Shown: in pieces, positions 8,476-17,960 of the stretch
Layout of the letters: every line of letters starts with the position of its first letter
Numbering within the stretch: the first letter of the stretch is position 1
Origin: Gammaproteobacteria bacterium
Lineage (GTDB): Bacteria > Pseudomonadota > Gammaproteobacteria > Pseudomonadales > Azotimanducaceae
Reading direction: 5' to 3'
DNA length: 54,166 nucleotides
Assembly: GCA_018645845.1 (NCBI GenBank)
Contig: JABGVY010000132.1
Span: forward strand, 1 to 54,166
Translations under genes and position numbers: made by a program
The notes under the pieces: generated by a model
Told to the model about the DNA's origin: nothing
The model's input: the letters and a program-made list of their open reading frames with translations, nothing else
Database searches by the model: none

Positions 8476-9654
8476 TTACTGAAGCAGTGCCAGCACATTC
8501 TGCGGTGCAGAATTCGCTTGGCTCAACATTGCGATACCAGACTGCTGCAGGATCTGTGCTTTCGTCATGGCGGCCGTTTCAGCAGCGAAGTCAGCATCCT
8601 GGATACGCCCTCGTGAGGCACTCAGGTTATCTGAAGTCGTTTGCTGGGTCGTGATGATCGAATCAAAGCGGCTTTGCATCGCACCAAGATCGGCGCGAGC
8701 AGAGTTAACCGCTGTTAATGCAGAGTCAACCTGGTCCAGCGCAAGCTGCGCACCGGAGTAACCAGCAACTGATAAGTTCGCTATGCCGACGTTATTGGCT
8801 GCAGTGAATGTCAGCGAGTTGCTGTTGCCTGCTACATCAAAACCGATAGCCGTAACCGCTCCAGTACCTGTAGCAGCAAAGGTAGAGGCGCTAATCAGTG
8901 AGATGTTTGTGCCGTCGGAGGTGGCAGTAACACCCGTTGTTGCAGAAATATTGTTGATTGCTTCGACCAAATCACCACCGCGTTCGGCGGCTGAGGAAGC
9001 AGCACCGAGAACACCGATATCGGTACCAGCAACAAGAAAGTTACCGGCAACTGTTGCAGTGCCATAACCTGTGAGCGCGCTGATAGCGATACTACCTAAT
9101 CCAGCGCCTTCAGTTGCAGTGGTTGTTGTCTGCGTTGCAGAGCCCAGCGCTGCGACGTTGGCATCAGTGATAGAGGACACTGTAACGACGTCACCATTGT
9201 TTGCACCGACCTGGAAATTTGCGCCAGTAAAAGAACCGTCCAGCAGTGAAACACCGTTAAAGCTGGTCTTGTTCGCTACTCGGTCGATTTCGTTTAACAG
9301 CTGTGACACCTCAGCTTGAAGTGCGTTACGGTCTGCCTGGGTGTTGGTGGCGTTTGAGGATTGAACGGCCAGTTCTCGAATTCGCTGAAGGTTATTAGTC
9401 ACTTCACCGAGTGCGCCTTCTGCGACCTGCGTCAAAGAGATACCGTCGTTAGCGTTTCTGACACCCTGGTTCAAACCATTGATCTGGGCGGTCATGCGCT
9501 CTGAAATGGCAAGGCCGGCTGAATCGTCTTTTGCAGAATTAATGCGCAAGCCAGTAGTCAGTCTTTCCATCGAAGTTTCTAGATTGCCTTGTGAGCCCGA
9601 GAGGTTTCGCTGGGCACTTAAGGACGCGAAATTAGTATTTACTGATAAAGTCAT
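8476..9654 (-). CDS. fliC: Flagellin
   Basis: 392 aa. The conserved N-terminus (MTLSVNTNFASLSAQRNLSGSQ...LSSGLRINSAKDDAAG-like) and C-terminus (...AQILQQSGIAMLSQANSAPQNVLALLQ) are present. The central domain is rich in Thr, Ser and Ala. Confidence 0.95.
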   Translation of the reverse strand: MTLSVNTNFASLSAQRNLSGSQGNLETSMERLTTGLRINSAKDDSAGLAISERMTAQINGLNQGVRNANDGISLTQVAEGALGEVTNNLQRIRELAVQSSNATNTQADRNALQAEVSQLLNEIDRVANKTSFNGVSLLDGSFTGANFQVGANNGDVVTVSSITDANVAALGSATQTTTTATEGAGLGSIAISALTGYGTATVAGNFLVAGTDIGVLGAASSAAERGGDLVEAINNISATTGVTATSDGTNISLISASTFAATGTGAVTAIGFDVAGNSNSLTFTAANNVGIANLSVAGYSGAQLALDQVDSALTAVNSARADLGAMQSRFDSIITTQQTTSDNLSASRGRIQDADFAAETAAMTKAQILQQSGIAMLSQANSAPQNVLALLQ

Positions 9655-9742
9655 TTTGTGTCACCCCTTTTGGTGTTCTTCAAGTTTGCCAGCGAAGACC
9701 ATGCTGTTGTTTTGCAAAGTAGACGTCGTCTGGATACTTTAG

Positions 9743-9769
9743 ATAACGGTTGCTGATCGAAAAGCTTTA
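9743..9769 (-). promoter_or_regulatory. Candidate sigma28 (FliA) promoter of fliC
   Basis: The minus strand reads TAAAGCTT-N11-ACCGTTAT, compared with the consensus TAAAGTTT-N11-GCCGATAA (7/8 and 5/8 matches, correct spacing). It ends about 89 nt upstream of the ATG. Confidence 0.5.
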
Positions 9770-10005
9770 ACAATTATTCTTGTTTTTTAAGCTGCGTTAG
9801 AAAACACACGGCCAGCGACGTCTTTTAAGGCGGATTGAATGTGACAAAGGGTGGCTGGCGGGAAAAACGGCTAAGGATACGGGGGTCTCGCGTCAAAACC
9901 CTGTTTTTCAAGGTTCAAATAGAGTTTTTATCTAGATAAAGGTTCGCGGTGTGCTGGACGGTACTTACAGCAGTAGACGTTGTTGAGTGTTAGGCCAGCG
10001 AAAAT

Positions 10006-10587
10006 CTAACCTGATTTGTTGTCAACGAAGGATGCTACCTGGCGGCGGTGGTGCCGAAAAATAATTTTGTCGAGCAGCGCCTTAGAGGCATTGCTTTGAC
10101 CAAAGAAGCGCGCCGATACCCAATCGTCTGCGTTGTCGTATTCCACTATCTCTGCCGAAAACATCAACGGTTTGGGGATATCTGGGGACAAGTACATGCC
10201 CAGTCTAACCATTTTGCCCACAGGAAAAAGTTTGTCGGTTGGGTCAACGCAGAAACGTATGCCCCGGGTGTTAAATTTAATATGTGTGGTTTCTGGTAAC
10301 GTGAGTTGCTGTTTCACCAGGTCGCTGAGGATCGTCATCAGCAAATTGACCTTATGGTTGAGCAGACGAACTTCATTCTGCAAGTCAGACATTTCGTTGT
10401 CAGGATCCACCAGATCGTTCTCCTCGTGGACAGACATAGAGCGCAATAGTTTCTCATTGGCTTTGGTGTCGTGAAGGATATCGACGTCGGCCATCGGGGC
10501 GTCGAGCAGTTCTACTGCCAGAGGTACTCGGTCTTCATAAATCAGACGATCAAAAAAGTCTTCGTCGGTGAAGGTATTGTCAGGCAA
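10006..10587 (-). CDS. PilZ-like protein (atypical PilZ type without an obvious RxxxR motif); possible c-di-GMP effector
   Basis: 193 aa with a TTG start, supported by the SD AAGAGGAG 5 nt upstream. A long helix (LQNEVRLLNHKVNLLMTILSDLV) is followed by a beta-rich core (IKFNTRGIRFCVDP...VRLGMYLSPDIPKPLMFSAEIVE) and a C-terminal IIFRHHRRQVA, as in atypical PilZ proteins. The family call is from memory. Confidence 0.55.
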   Translation of the reverse strand: MPDNTFTDEDFFDRLIYEDRVPLAVELLDAPMADVDILHDTKANEKLLRSMSVHEENDLVDPDNEMSDLQNEVRLLNHKVNLLMTILSDLVKQQLTLPETTHIKFNTRGIRFCVDPTDKLFPVGKMVRLGMYLSPDIPKPLMFSAEIVEYDNADDWVSARFFGQSNASKALLDKIIFRHHRRQVASFVDNKSG

Positions 10588-10663
10588 AGGAACTCCTCTT
10601 ACGTCTTGGGTGGGTTGGCTTAATGCTGACCCTTACCGCCTCGCAGTTTTCGCGCGATTTTGT

Positions 10664-11038
10664 CTATGCCAGGTACGTTTGGGCCGCATGATGCTGCTGT
10701 CCAACTGTATTAACCTGTTCTTTTAATTTAAGTTTTTCTGTTGACACTAACGCCATCAAGGCAGTGTTCTGTGCCTGGAGCTTCATGACTTCGGCGCTGA
10801 GTATCCCCTCCTCATCTGCCTCGCCAAAAGGTGCGCTAAGCGCGTCTTTCAGCATGCCGGCGCGTCGGGATTGCATTTCGCCGACTTTGTCCCAGGACCC
10901 TTCCTCTGCGTGACTAATCATCGCACGGGTTACCTCGTGCACTGCTTGCAGCTGGATTAGTCGTTGTTTACGGGCGCTTCCCTGGTCAGGGAATGCAACA
11001 ATAGCGGAGCTAGATTTAAACATTTTGGTCACTCCCAC
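10664..11038 (-). CDS. fliT: FliT-like flagellar export chaperone
   Basis: 124 aa, overlapping the end of fliS. The helical protein carries a FliT-like pattern (AMISHAEEGSWDKVGEMQSRRAGMLKDAL). The start could instead be the internal ATG at 11023. Confidence 0.65.
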   Translation of the reverse strand: MGVTKMFKSSSAIVAFPDQGSARKQRLIQLQAVHEVTRAMISHAEEGSWDKVGEMQSRRAGMLKDALSAPFGEADEEGILSAEVMKLQAQNTALMALVSTEKLKLKEQVNTVGQQHHAAQTYLA

Positions 11039-11414
11039 TGATAGCTTGCCAGCCAGTCTCTAATTCCATTAATAGCGATTTAATCTCGATCAACGGTGCG
11101 GCATCGTGGTGCAAGTTAGCATGCAATATTCTGTTTTTCATGTAGGCATACAAGTTTAGAAGATTTTCCGAGAGATCTTCCCCTCCCTGCTGTGGTTCTA
11201 CGCAGACGGAAAGGTAATTAAAGATATCAAGTGCCTTCGACAGGTGTTCGCTCTTTGCGGAGATATCGTTTTGTTCCACCGACTTCAGCGCCTGTGCAAG
11301 ACGTTGGTTTGCACTGCGCATCAGTAGCGTGACCAACTGGTGTGGTGTTGCCTGCTCAACTAACGCTACGTTATCGATAAAACTGTAGGCTTTAACTGCG
11401 GTCACTGCGTTCAT
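11016..11414 (-). CDS. fliS: Flagellin-specific export chaperone FliS
   Basis: 132 aa. KAYSFIDNVALVEQATPHQLVTLLMRSANQRLAQA is typical of FliS. The gene lies directly downstream of fliD. Confidence 0.9.
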   Translation of the reverse strand: MNAVTAVKAYSFIDNVALVEQATPHQLVTLLMRSANQRLAQALKSVEQNDISAKSEHLSKALDIFNYLSVCVEPQQGGEDLSENLLNLYAYMKNRILHANLHHDAAPLIEIKSLLMELETGWQAISGSDQNV

Positions 11415-11472
11415 TTCTGATTAACACCCTTTGTAATTTAATAAATCTTACTTAGTGTATCGACAGCGAAAA

Positions 11473-13140
11473 CTATTTCTTGAATGATAAAGGCTCAGGA
11501 AATTGTTGCATTGCTACTGACAAAAAATTAGAGGTGCTCTGCAGGCTACTTAACAATGTTTCCATCCCCAGGAACTGGGATCGATACCTGGCTTCAATTT
11601 TAAGCAGCCTTGCATCGAGATCGAGCCGTTGCTCTTTGATGTCGTCAATGCTGACCTCCAGCCCGTCCGAGCGGGCGTCCAGCAGACCATCGTCTGCGAG
11701 CAGGCCGTCGATTAAGCTGTCTAATCTTGAAGACAAGCCGTCAGCAAAGCTAATGGTGCCAATATTGCCGGTCGCACCTCCAACAACCTCCACCTTTAGG
11801 CCTTCCACACTGCTTCCAACCGGGCCCGTTAAGACATTTCCGTCGACGCTCGCAGCGATACCATTAATCGTGCCGCTGCTACCATCGAACACGACCGCAT
11901 AAGTACCCGCCTCGGTTGATGACGTGCTTGACACAAAGTTCAAGGTATTTGTGTTCGAGGAGCCCAGGCGAGAAAAGACCTGGCCGACGCCGATCTGATC
12001 CGACGTTAAAGCCGTATTGAGCTTGCTGGAATCGACCTCTAAGGTACCGTCCGCCACCTTGGTGGTAATCCCCAGCGCGGCGAGTGTTTGGTGCCCACCG
12101 GTGGCTTCGGTCACCACTTGGTTCAATATATTTCGGAGCCCGCTCTGCAGCGTTCTGGTGGTGGCATCACCCGTGAGCAAGCTACCCGATTGGCTGACAG
12201 CACTGTAGGCGGTCAGGTTGTTGATCATTCCTGTAAGATTGTTATAGCCCGCAACGAAATTATTGACAGCATTGCTCGCGGTGTTCAGGTCGTTGTCGAC
12301 GGTCAGTTTTACGCTGCTGCTGGTGACCGCGCCGAGGGTTAATGTGACGTCGCTCAACGCGGTCGTGACCGTGTTGCTGGCGCTTGAGACCGCAAGCCCA
12401 TTGATCGTGAATGCGGCGTTTTGTGCTGCGTTTAATTGAGTCGATTGACGGGTTGTGGCATTGAAGTTGAGTTCGGACAAGCCACTGCCGTCGGTAAGAT
12501 TGCCATCACTGTCGGTCACGTTGACCTGCAAACTATTTTCGGTGCCGGTGTCCTGTGCTGTCATGATCAGTCGATAGTAACTGCCATCATTAACAATAGA
12601 GGCGGAAACGCCAGCGTCAGCTGCGTTAATAGCATCTCTGACCCCAAGAAGCGTATTGTTAGAGCTGTCGATCGTGATGGACACCGGTGTACTGTCGGCC
12701 TTTTGGGAAAAGCTGTAGGTATCTCCGCTACTGTTATAAGTGGTGGTGCCAAGGGTGAAGTTGAGTGTCCCTGTGCCAACCACAGTAGATTCGCTAGCGT
12801 AGGCGCCGCCATAAAGGGAATGTTTCGTTGCCAGTTGACTGACATTAACATCGTATTCGCCGACCAGTGCGTCATTGCCCGCGGTCATCGTTAGCGAATC
12901 CGGAGCGCTGCTTGTCGCTGTTTTGCCCTGGAAACTTTCTGGGTCGCCAGCAGTAGCGATTGCGGTTTGGAAGGTAGAAAGTGCACCTTTTAATGTGCCG
13001 TAAGCCGACAGCTTTGCTTGGAACTTAGCTTCGCTCCTTGTTAGACGGTTAGACTCTACCGCACCCTCGGCAGAAACCAGTTGAGTGACTAAGCTTTCGA
13101 TATCTAAACCGGATGCTATACCTGTAGATGTTATTGACAT
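11473..13140 (-). CDS. fliD: Flagellar filament cap protein FliD
   Basis: 555 aa. N-terminus MSITSTGIASGLDIESLVTQLVSAEGAVESNRL and C-terminus ...IEARYRSQFLGMETLLSSLQSTSNFL match the FliD termini. Confidence 0.9.
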   Translation of the reverse strand: MSITSTGIASGLDIESLVTQLVSAEGAVESNRLTRSEAKFQAKLSAYGTLKGALSTFQTAIATAGDPESFQGKTATSSAPDSLTMTAGNDALVGEYDVNVSQLATKHSLYGGAYASESTVVGTGTLNFTLGTTTYNSSGDTYSFSQKADSTPVSITIDSSNNTLLGVRDAINAADAGVSASIVNDGSYYRLIMTAQDTGTENSLQVNVTDSDGNLTDGSGLSELNFNATTRQSTQLNAAQNAAFTINGLAVSSASNTVTTALSDVTLTLGAVTSSSVKLTVDNDLNTASNAVNNFVAGYNNLTGMINNLTAYSAVSQSGSLLTGDATTRTLQSGLRNILNQVVTEATGGHQTLAALGITTKVADGTLEVDSSKLNTALTSDQIGVGQVFSRLGSSNTNTLNFVSSTSSTEAGTYAVVFDGSSGTINGIAASVDGNVLTGPVGSSVEGLKVEVVGGATGNIGTISFADGLSSRLDSLIDGLLADDGLLDARSDGLEVSIDDIKEQRLDLDARLLKIEARYRSQFLGMETLLSSLQSTSNFLSVAMQQFPEPLSFKK

Positions 13141-13266
13141 GGGTCGTTTACCTATTTCTGTCTATTGTCGACTGTGCCGCCGTTAGCTAGTTGAACCTAA
13201 GCCTGAAGCCCAGACTGATCCTTAGCCGTATATGAAAACCGCGTCAGCATGAGCATTCTTCAAACC

Positions 13267-14469
13267 CTATAAGAAATTGAACAACGACAGGCCTTGCACT
13301 TTCACATAGCTTTGTTGCGCGGCTTGTAACGCTGTCATTTGCAGATTTAAGCGTGTGAGTGCCTCCGTTAAATCAAGGTCCTCTATTTTACTTGCGATAG
13401 TTTGCAAGCTGAGTTGAGCGTCTGCGTTAATGTCTAGTTGAGTTTCCAGGCGCGCTAGTCTGTGGCCCGCATCGGCGCGAAACTCGAAAAAATGATCCAT
13501 AGCCCGATCCAGCGAGTCGATTGACTGCCCCAGGGTGTTCTGGACATTCGCTTGACTCGCGCTATCGTTTGCTGGACTTGCGAGGGTGTTGGCAATCGTG
13601 TCCAGCATGCTGAAGATGTCGCTTCGCTGCATTGGGCTGATACTGTAACTGTCTGCGTTTGCTGGCGATGCGCTGACCGAGAGTGTTATACCGTTGAATG
13701 TAATGTCATTGCCGGGTTGGTATGCCCCTGAAGCAACAAGCCCGGAAACCGCGCCCGAGACCTCGAAGGTGACAGGATCGCTGTCAGATGCCTGAATAAA
13801 GTTAAGGGTGTAAGTGTCGGTCACCGCGCTGGCCTGGGTAGACATCGACACCAGGGTGTTACCGGTATTTCCGCCGGCGGCGGAAAGTTGAAAACGACCA
13901 TCACTCGTCGCGATGTTTTGAAAAACATCAAAGCCCGAGTCACTGATTTTGATCTGCTGGTCTGGGGCAATCGATACTAATCGAGCGCCCTGGTCCCCCC
14001 GAAATGATACGCCGGTGGCCGTTTCAGCGAACGCCCTGGTCGATGTGCTCAAGCCGGAGAAAATATACTCACCCTGACTATCCCGGGTGTTAGCCAGGTC
14101 GAGCATGACGTCCCGGATCTGGGCGATCTCTCGGCTTATCACTTGTCGAGACTCATTGGTTTGGGTCGCGTTGTTTGCTTGCAGTGTGAGTTCTCGCGCA
14201 CGTTGCAACACATTGCCCATTTCCCCGTAGAGGCTCTCGCTCTGCATTAATCGGTTTTCTGCGTTGCCCATGTTTCGTTCGTACTGGCTTTCGCTGCTTA
14301 ACGCCATCGAGAGGCTGATCAGTTTTGATGTGCCCGTCGGATCGTCGGCGGGCGTTAATATCTTTTTGCCCGACGATATCTGTTGGTGGGTGGTATCCAG
14401 CGCCTGTTGCTGCTTTAGCATGTTGTTAAGGCCGGTGTTGGCTTGTTGCCAGGTTGAGATTCTCATCAC
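13267..14469 (-). CDS. flgL: Flagellar hook-associated protein 3 FlgL
   Basis: 400 aa. MMRISTWQQANTGLNNMLKQQQALDTTHQQISSGKKILTPADDP is a flagellin-like N-terminus. The gene sits between flgK and fliD. Confidence 0.9.
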   Translation of the reverse strand: MMRISTWQQANTGLNNMLKQQQALDTTHQQISSGKKILTPADDPTGTSKLISLSMALSSESQYERNMGNAENRLMQSESLYGEMGNVLQRARELTLQANNATQTNESRQVISREIAQIRDVMLDLANTRDSQGEYIFSGLSTSTRAFAETATGVSFRGDQGARLVSIAPDQQIKISDSGFDVFQNIATSDGRFQLSAAGGNTGNTLVSMSTQASAVTDTYTLNFIQASDSDPVTFEVSGAVSGLVASGAYQPGNDITFNGITLSVSASPANADSYSISPMQRSDIFSMLDTIANTLASPANDSASQANVQNTLGQSIDSLDRAMDHFFEFRADAGHRLARLETQLDINADAQLSLQTIASKIEDLDLTEALTRLNLQMTALQAAQQSYVKVQGLSLFNFL

Positions 14470-16382
14470 TATCTCCTAAAAGCCCCGAGTAGAGTTTGGA
14501 ACATTTCATCAGACGCAGCGATAACTCTTGCGGCGGCTTGATAGGCTTGTTGGTATTGCAACAGCTTGGCGGCTTCTTCGTCCAGATTGACTCCAGCATG
14601 AGATTGCTGATTGTTCATGGCGTAATCGTGCAAGCTGGTTTGCGTTTCGCGACTCATCGCTGCCTGCCGGGTTTGAATACCGACTTCCGCTACAGCAGAG
14701 GCAAAGACATCGGAGAAACTCGCGGCACCTTCTAACAAGGTTTTACTCGTGCTTAATCCTGAGAGAGTCTGTAGATTCCGGTTGTCACCCACCCCTGCGA
14801 CGTTGTTGCTTAATACCAGGGTGTCTCCCGCTGATGGCACGCCGCTTATCGTAAAGGTCCCCCCCATAATGGCTGTTAAATCAATGGTTTTTCCGGCTCC
14901 GTCGACAGTGGGGTCAAAGGCTATCGGGCCGACTGTTGCGCCGGTGACAGTGAAGCCCGGCATCCCGGCGCCGAGGGCATTCTCATTGAATGTAAACGTA
15001 AGGTCTGCTGTCAGTGGCAGGCTGGCGCTGGTCGAAACGGTGACAGCACTAATCTCAGACGTGCCGCTATTGGTCGCAGACGTTGAGGATAGTAAAGGGT
15101 TTCGGGAGGCAATTTCCGATGTGTTGCTAATGTTCACTGACATTTGTGATGCCGCCGTAAAGGTTGGCCGTACTTCATAGCGATCGCCGGCAACAGCAGA
15201 TCCGCTGATGTTGACGCTGATCCCATCTAGCGTCAATGGGCCTGTTCCCGTCACGGATGCACCGCTCGAGCTGTTCGACAGTTGCCATTCGGTGCCGTCG
15301 AAAGCAAGGCTGAAATCCGTTGCTTTAAGATGACCAACATCGGTTATCGATGCCGTGACGGAAGCGGCGCCAGTATTGTTCAAACTGCCTAAAACGGGGA
15401 TTTGTGTGGGCGTAAAGAACGCTTTGCCAAAGTCTCCGTTCAGATCGAGACCGCGTTGATGCTGTGCGTTGACCGTTTCAGTCAAACCTGCGGCCATCAG
15501 TCCGATACGCTGTTGGGTATCGTGCAATAATCCATCACGGAAGTTGATCAATCCCTGTAACTTACCATTGCCGGTAGCAGAGCTGATGTCATTTACACCC
15601 GTCCCAGGATAGGTCAGGTTGAGTGTTGTTTCGGAAATATCAAATTCACCGCGTTCGGAGGATAGCAAGCCGGCAGAAATACCGGTGACGATGGGCAAGC
15701 CGTTTTTTAGAGCCAGATTGACCACGCCGTTATCCTGTGTCGAAACAAGCAAGCCGATTCGCTCCGAGACCTGGTTAACCAGGGTGTCTCGTTTGTCTAG
15801 CAAGTCACCTGAAACATTGCCACTCGTATCACTGACCGCGCTATTAATCGCGGCAATGGAGCTCAATTGATCATTAACCTCGCTAAGGACAACGTCTAAC
15901 TCCAGGTTCACCTGATCTTCAAGTTGATCCAATTGGCTGCCCAGCGTGCGAAATTGCGCTGATAAGAAATCAGCCTCACCCAATACAACCTGCCTGCCAG
16001 CCACGGAAGTTGGATTGTTGGTCAGATCTTCAACGGCGTTAAAGAAGCTCGAGGTCCGCGCCGCCAGGCCGCTCTCGCTGTCGCCCACTAACTGAATGAG
16101 ACGCGTTGACATCTGCTCCGCAATTTCAAATTGCGATTTTGAAGACCCTGTTGATCTGACAGCCTCGGTCAGATACTGATCGTAGGCGCGCGTGTTCGTG
16201 CCCGCTCTAACTCCGTTACCGATATTGTGATCGCCGACTCTTTGGCCGGGTGCGCTTTCGAAGATTACGTCCTGGCGACTGTAACCCTCTGTTGAAGCGT
16301 TAGCGATATTGTGGCCAGTAACGGCGATGCCCTTCTGAAATGCAAGAAGGGCAGAGGTCGATATTCCGAATAAGTCCGCCAT
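14469..16382 (-). CDS. flgK: Flagellar hook-associated protein 1 FlgK
   Basis: 637 aa. N-terminus MADLFGISTSALLAFQKGIAVTGHNIANASTEGYSRQ and C-terminus VNLDEEAAKLLQYQQAYQAAARVI match FlgK. Confidence 0.9.
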   Translation of the reverse strand: MADLFGISTSALLAFQKGIAVTGHNIANASTEGYSRQDVIFESAPGQRVGDHNIGNGVRAGTNTRAYDQYLTEAVRSTGSSKSQFEIAEQMSTRLIQLVGDSESGLAARTSSFFNAVEDLTNNPTSVAGRQVVLGEADFLSAQFRTLGSQLDQLEDQVNLELDVVLSEVNDQLSSIAAINSAVSDTSGNVSGDLLDKRDTLVNQVSERIGLLVSTQDNGVVNLALKNGLPIVTGISAGLLSSERGEFDISETTLNLTYPGTGVNDISSATGNGKLQGLINFRDGLLHDTQQRIGLMAAGLTETVNAQHQRGLDLNGDFGKAFFTPTQIPVLGSLNNTGAASVTASITDVGHLKATDFSLAFDGTEWQLSNSSSGASVTGTGPLTLDGISVNISGSAVAGDRYEVRPTFTAASQMSVNISNTSEIASRNPLLSSTSATNSGTSEISAVTVSTSASLPLTADLTFTFNENALGAGMPGFTVTGATVGPIAFDPTVDGAGKTIDLTAIMGGTFTISGVPSAGDTLVLSNNVAGVGDNRNLQTLSGLSTSKTLLEGAASFSDVFASAVAEVGIQTRQAAMSRETQTSLHDYAMNNQQSHAGVNLDEEAAKLLQYQQAYQAAARVIAASDEMFQTLLGAFRR

Positions 16383-16397
16383 GTCCGCTTCCTTGGG

Positions 16398-16808
16398 TTA
16401 TTGTTGCCCATCACTGTTTATCGGCAGAAAAACAGCTGGCTTTAATATTTTTTGTTCCGTGTAACTCGCTGCCGCGATGTCCGCTGACGGTGGTTTCACT
16501 GGCGGTGCGAGTTGCCTGGCTATCACGTCGGCGAGTCCAAGCCCTTTCTCATTAGCCATACTCACGCCTAGCTGCTGATCGAACATTTCCTGAAAGGTGT
16601 CCATTTGACTACTGTCGAACAGGCCCCCGTCGGGCAGGGCGGCGCGCATAGATTTCAGCATCATCTGAATAAAAATAGACTCAAACTGCTTCGCGACTTC
16701 TAGCGTCGCGGCTTTGGGGTCGTCCTTAGCGGCTTTGCGTAGTTCATTAAGACCGGAGAAATCATGATAGGAGGCGTTCGCCTGCAGGTTTACGTTGGGA
16801 TCAATCAT
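16398..16808 (-). CDS. flgJ: FlgJ, rod-binding domain only (no C-terminal peptidoglycan hydrolase domain)
   Basis: 136 aa. The rod-binding motif AKQFESIFIQMMLKSMRAA...FQEMFDQQLGVSMANEKGLGLADVIARQL is present. The ORF stops 15 nt before flgK starts, leaving no room for a muramidase domain. Confidence 0.85.
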   Translation of the reverse strand: MIDPNVNLQANASYHDFSGLNELRKAAKDDPKAATLEVAKQFESIFIQMMLKSMRAALPDGGLFDSSQMDTFQEMFDQQLGVSMANEKGLGLADVIARQLAPPVKPPSADIAAASYTEQKILKPAVFLPINSDGQQ

Positions 16809-17938
16809 TAGATAACTACCAATTCTGCTTGAAGTGCACCGGCCTCTTTCAGAGCTTCCAGTATTGCGACGAGATCGCCGGGCGCAGCACCCACCTGATT
16901 AACTGCTCGAACTAGTTCGTCCAGCGAAACACCAGGGTCGAACAAGAACATTGGATTGGCTTCTTCCTCGATTGTGATTTCAGACGAAGCCGAGGCAACG
17001 GTGTCGCCCCCTGAAAAAGCACCTGGCTGGCTAACCGAAACGGACTCGGATATTGATACAGCGAGGTTTCCGTGGGTTACGGCCGAAGGCAATATTCTTA
17101 CATCTTCGCCGATTACCACGGTGCCAGTTCTAGCGTTGATAATCACTTTGGCAGCGCTCTGGGATGGTTTAATTGTAAGGTCGTGTAGTACCGCGATCAG
17201 CGCAACTTTAGCCTGGGTATCGAGTGATGCTTGTATCCTTACTGAAGATCCATCTATCGCCGAGGCAGACCCAGGCCCCAATTTTTCATTGATGACTGAG
17301 ACTAACCTCTGAGCAGTACCAAAATCCGGGTCTTTTAGGTCAAATTGTAAAATTCCAGATTGAGAAAAAGACGTAGCCAAACTCCGCTCAACCTGCCCAC
17401 CACCAGGTATTCTTCCCGCACTCGGGACGTTGACAACAACGGAGGAGCCGTCGGATCCCTGCATACCGAAGCCTCCAACGATGAGATTCCCTTGAGCCAA
17501 AACATAGGTTTCGCTATCAACTCCTTTGAGCGGCGTCACCAATAAAACGCCACCCCGCAGGCTCTTGGCATTGCCTATGGAGGAAACCGTTACGTCTATT
17601 CTCTGACCGGGTTTAGCGAAAGGTGGCAACTCTGCGTGAACAGCAACAGCGGCCACGTTTTTCAATTGTGGGTTCATGTTCGGCGGCAAAGTGATCCCTA
17701 AATTGCCCAGCATGTTTTTAAGACTTTGGACTGTAAACGGGGCCTGCGTTGTCTGGTCTCCCGTGCCCGTTAATCCAACCACAAGCCCGTAACCGATGAG
17801 GTGGTTTGTTCTTACCCCGGCAACATTGGTGATGTCTTTAATCCGAAGCGCGTCAACGCTACCGCTAAAGAGGCTTGCCACAAGAAGAATTGTTGTGGCG
17901 GTTGCGTTACTAATTTTTGGAAGTTTCAAATAGCCCAT
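16808..17938 (-). CDS. flgI: Flagellar P-ring protein FlgI
   Basis: The ORF is open to 18295, but that extension overlaps flgH. The ATG at 17938 gives [61 protein letters not shown], a signal peptide followed by the canonical FlgI start. Confidence 0.9.
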   Translation of the reverse strand: MGYLKLPKISNATATTILLVASLFSGSVDALRIKDITNVAGVRTNHLIGYGLVVGLTGTGDQTTQAPFTVQSLKNMLGNLGITLPPNMNPQLKNVAAVAVHAELPPFAKPGQRIDVTVSSIGNAKSLRGGVLLVTPLKGVDSETYVLAQGNLIVGGFGMQGSDGSSVVVNVPSAGRIPGGGQVERSLATSFSQSGILQFDLKDPDFGTAQRLVSVINEKLGPGSASAIDGSSVRIQASLDTQAKVALIAVLHDLTIKPSQSAAKVIINARTGTVVIGEDVRILPSAVTHGNLAVSISESVSVSQPGAFSGGDTVASASSEITIEEEANPMFLFDPGVSLDELVRAVNQVGAAPGDLVAILEALKEAGALQAELVVI

Positions 17939-17960
17939 TACGGCACCTTTTAATATCAGC

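Noticed and set aside
8783-9319. Plus-strand ORFs (94 aa, 82 aa and others) antisense to the flagellin gene. Similar antisense ORFs lie opposite fliD (12436-12894), flgK (14749-15180), flgE (20681-21112), fliK (35301-36005, 234 aa), flhB (41609-42130) and flhA (42640-43128).
   Set aside because: Each lies entirely inside a confidently identified flagellar gene on the other strand. Their translations are low-complexity (Ala/Ser/Thr/Pro/Val-rich mirrors) with no motifs, and no SD or promoter is visible. They are typical shadow ORFs.
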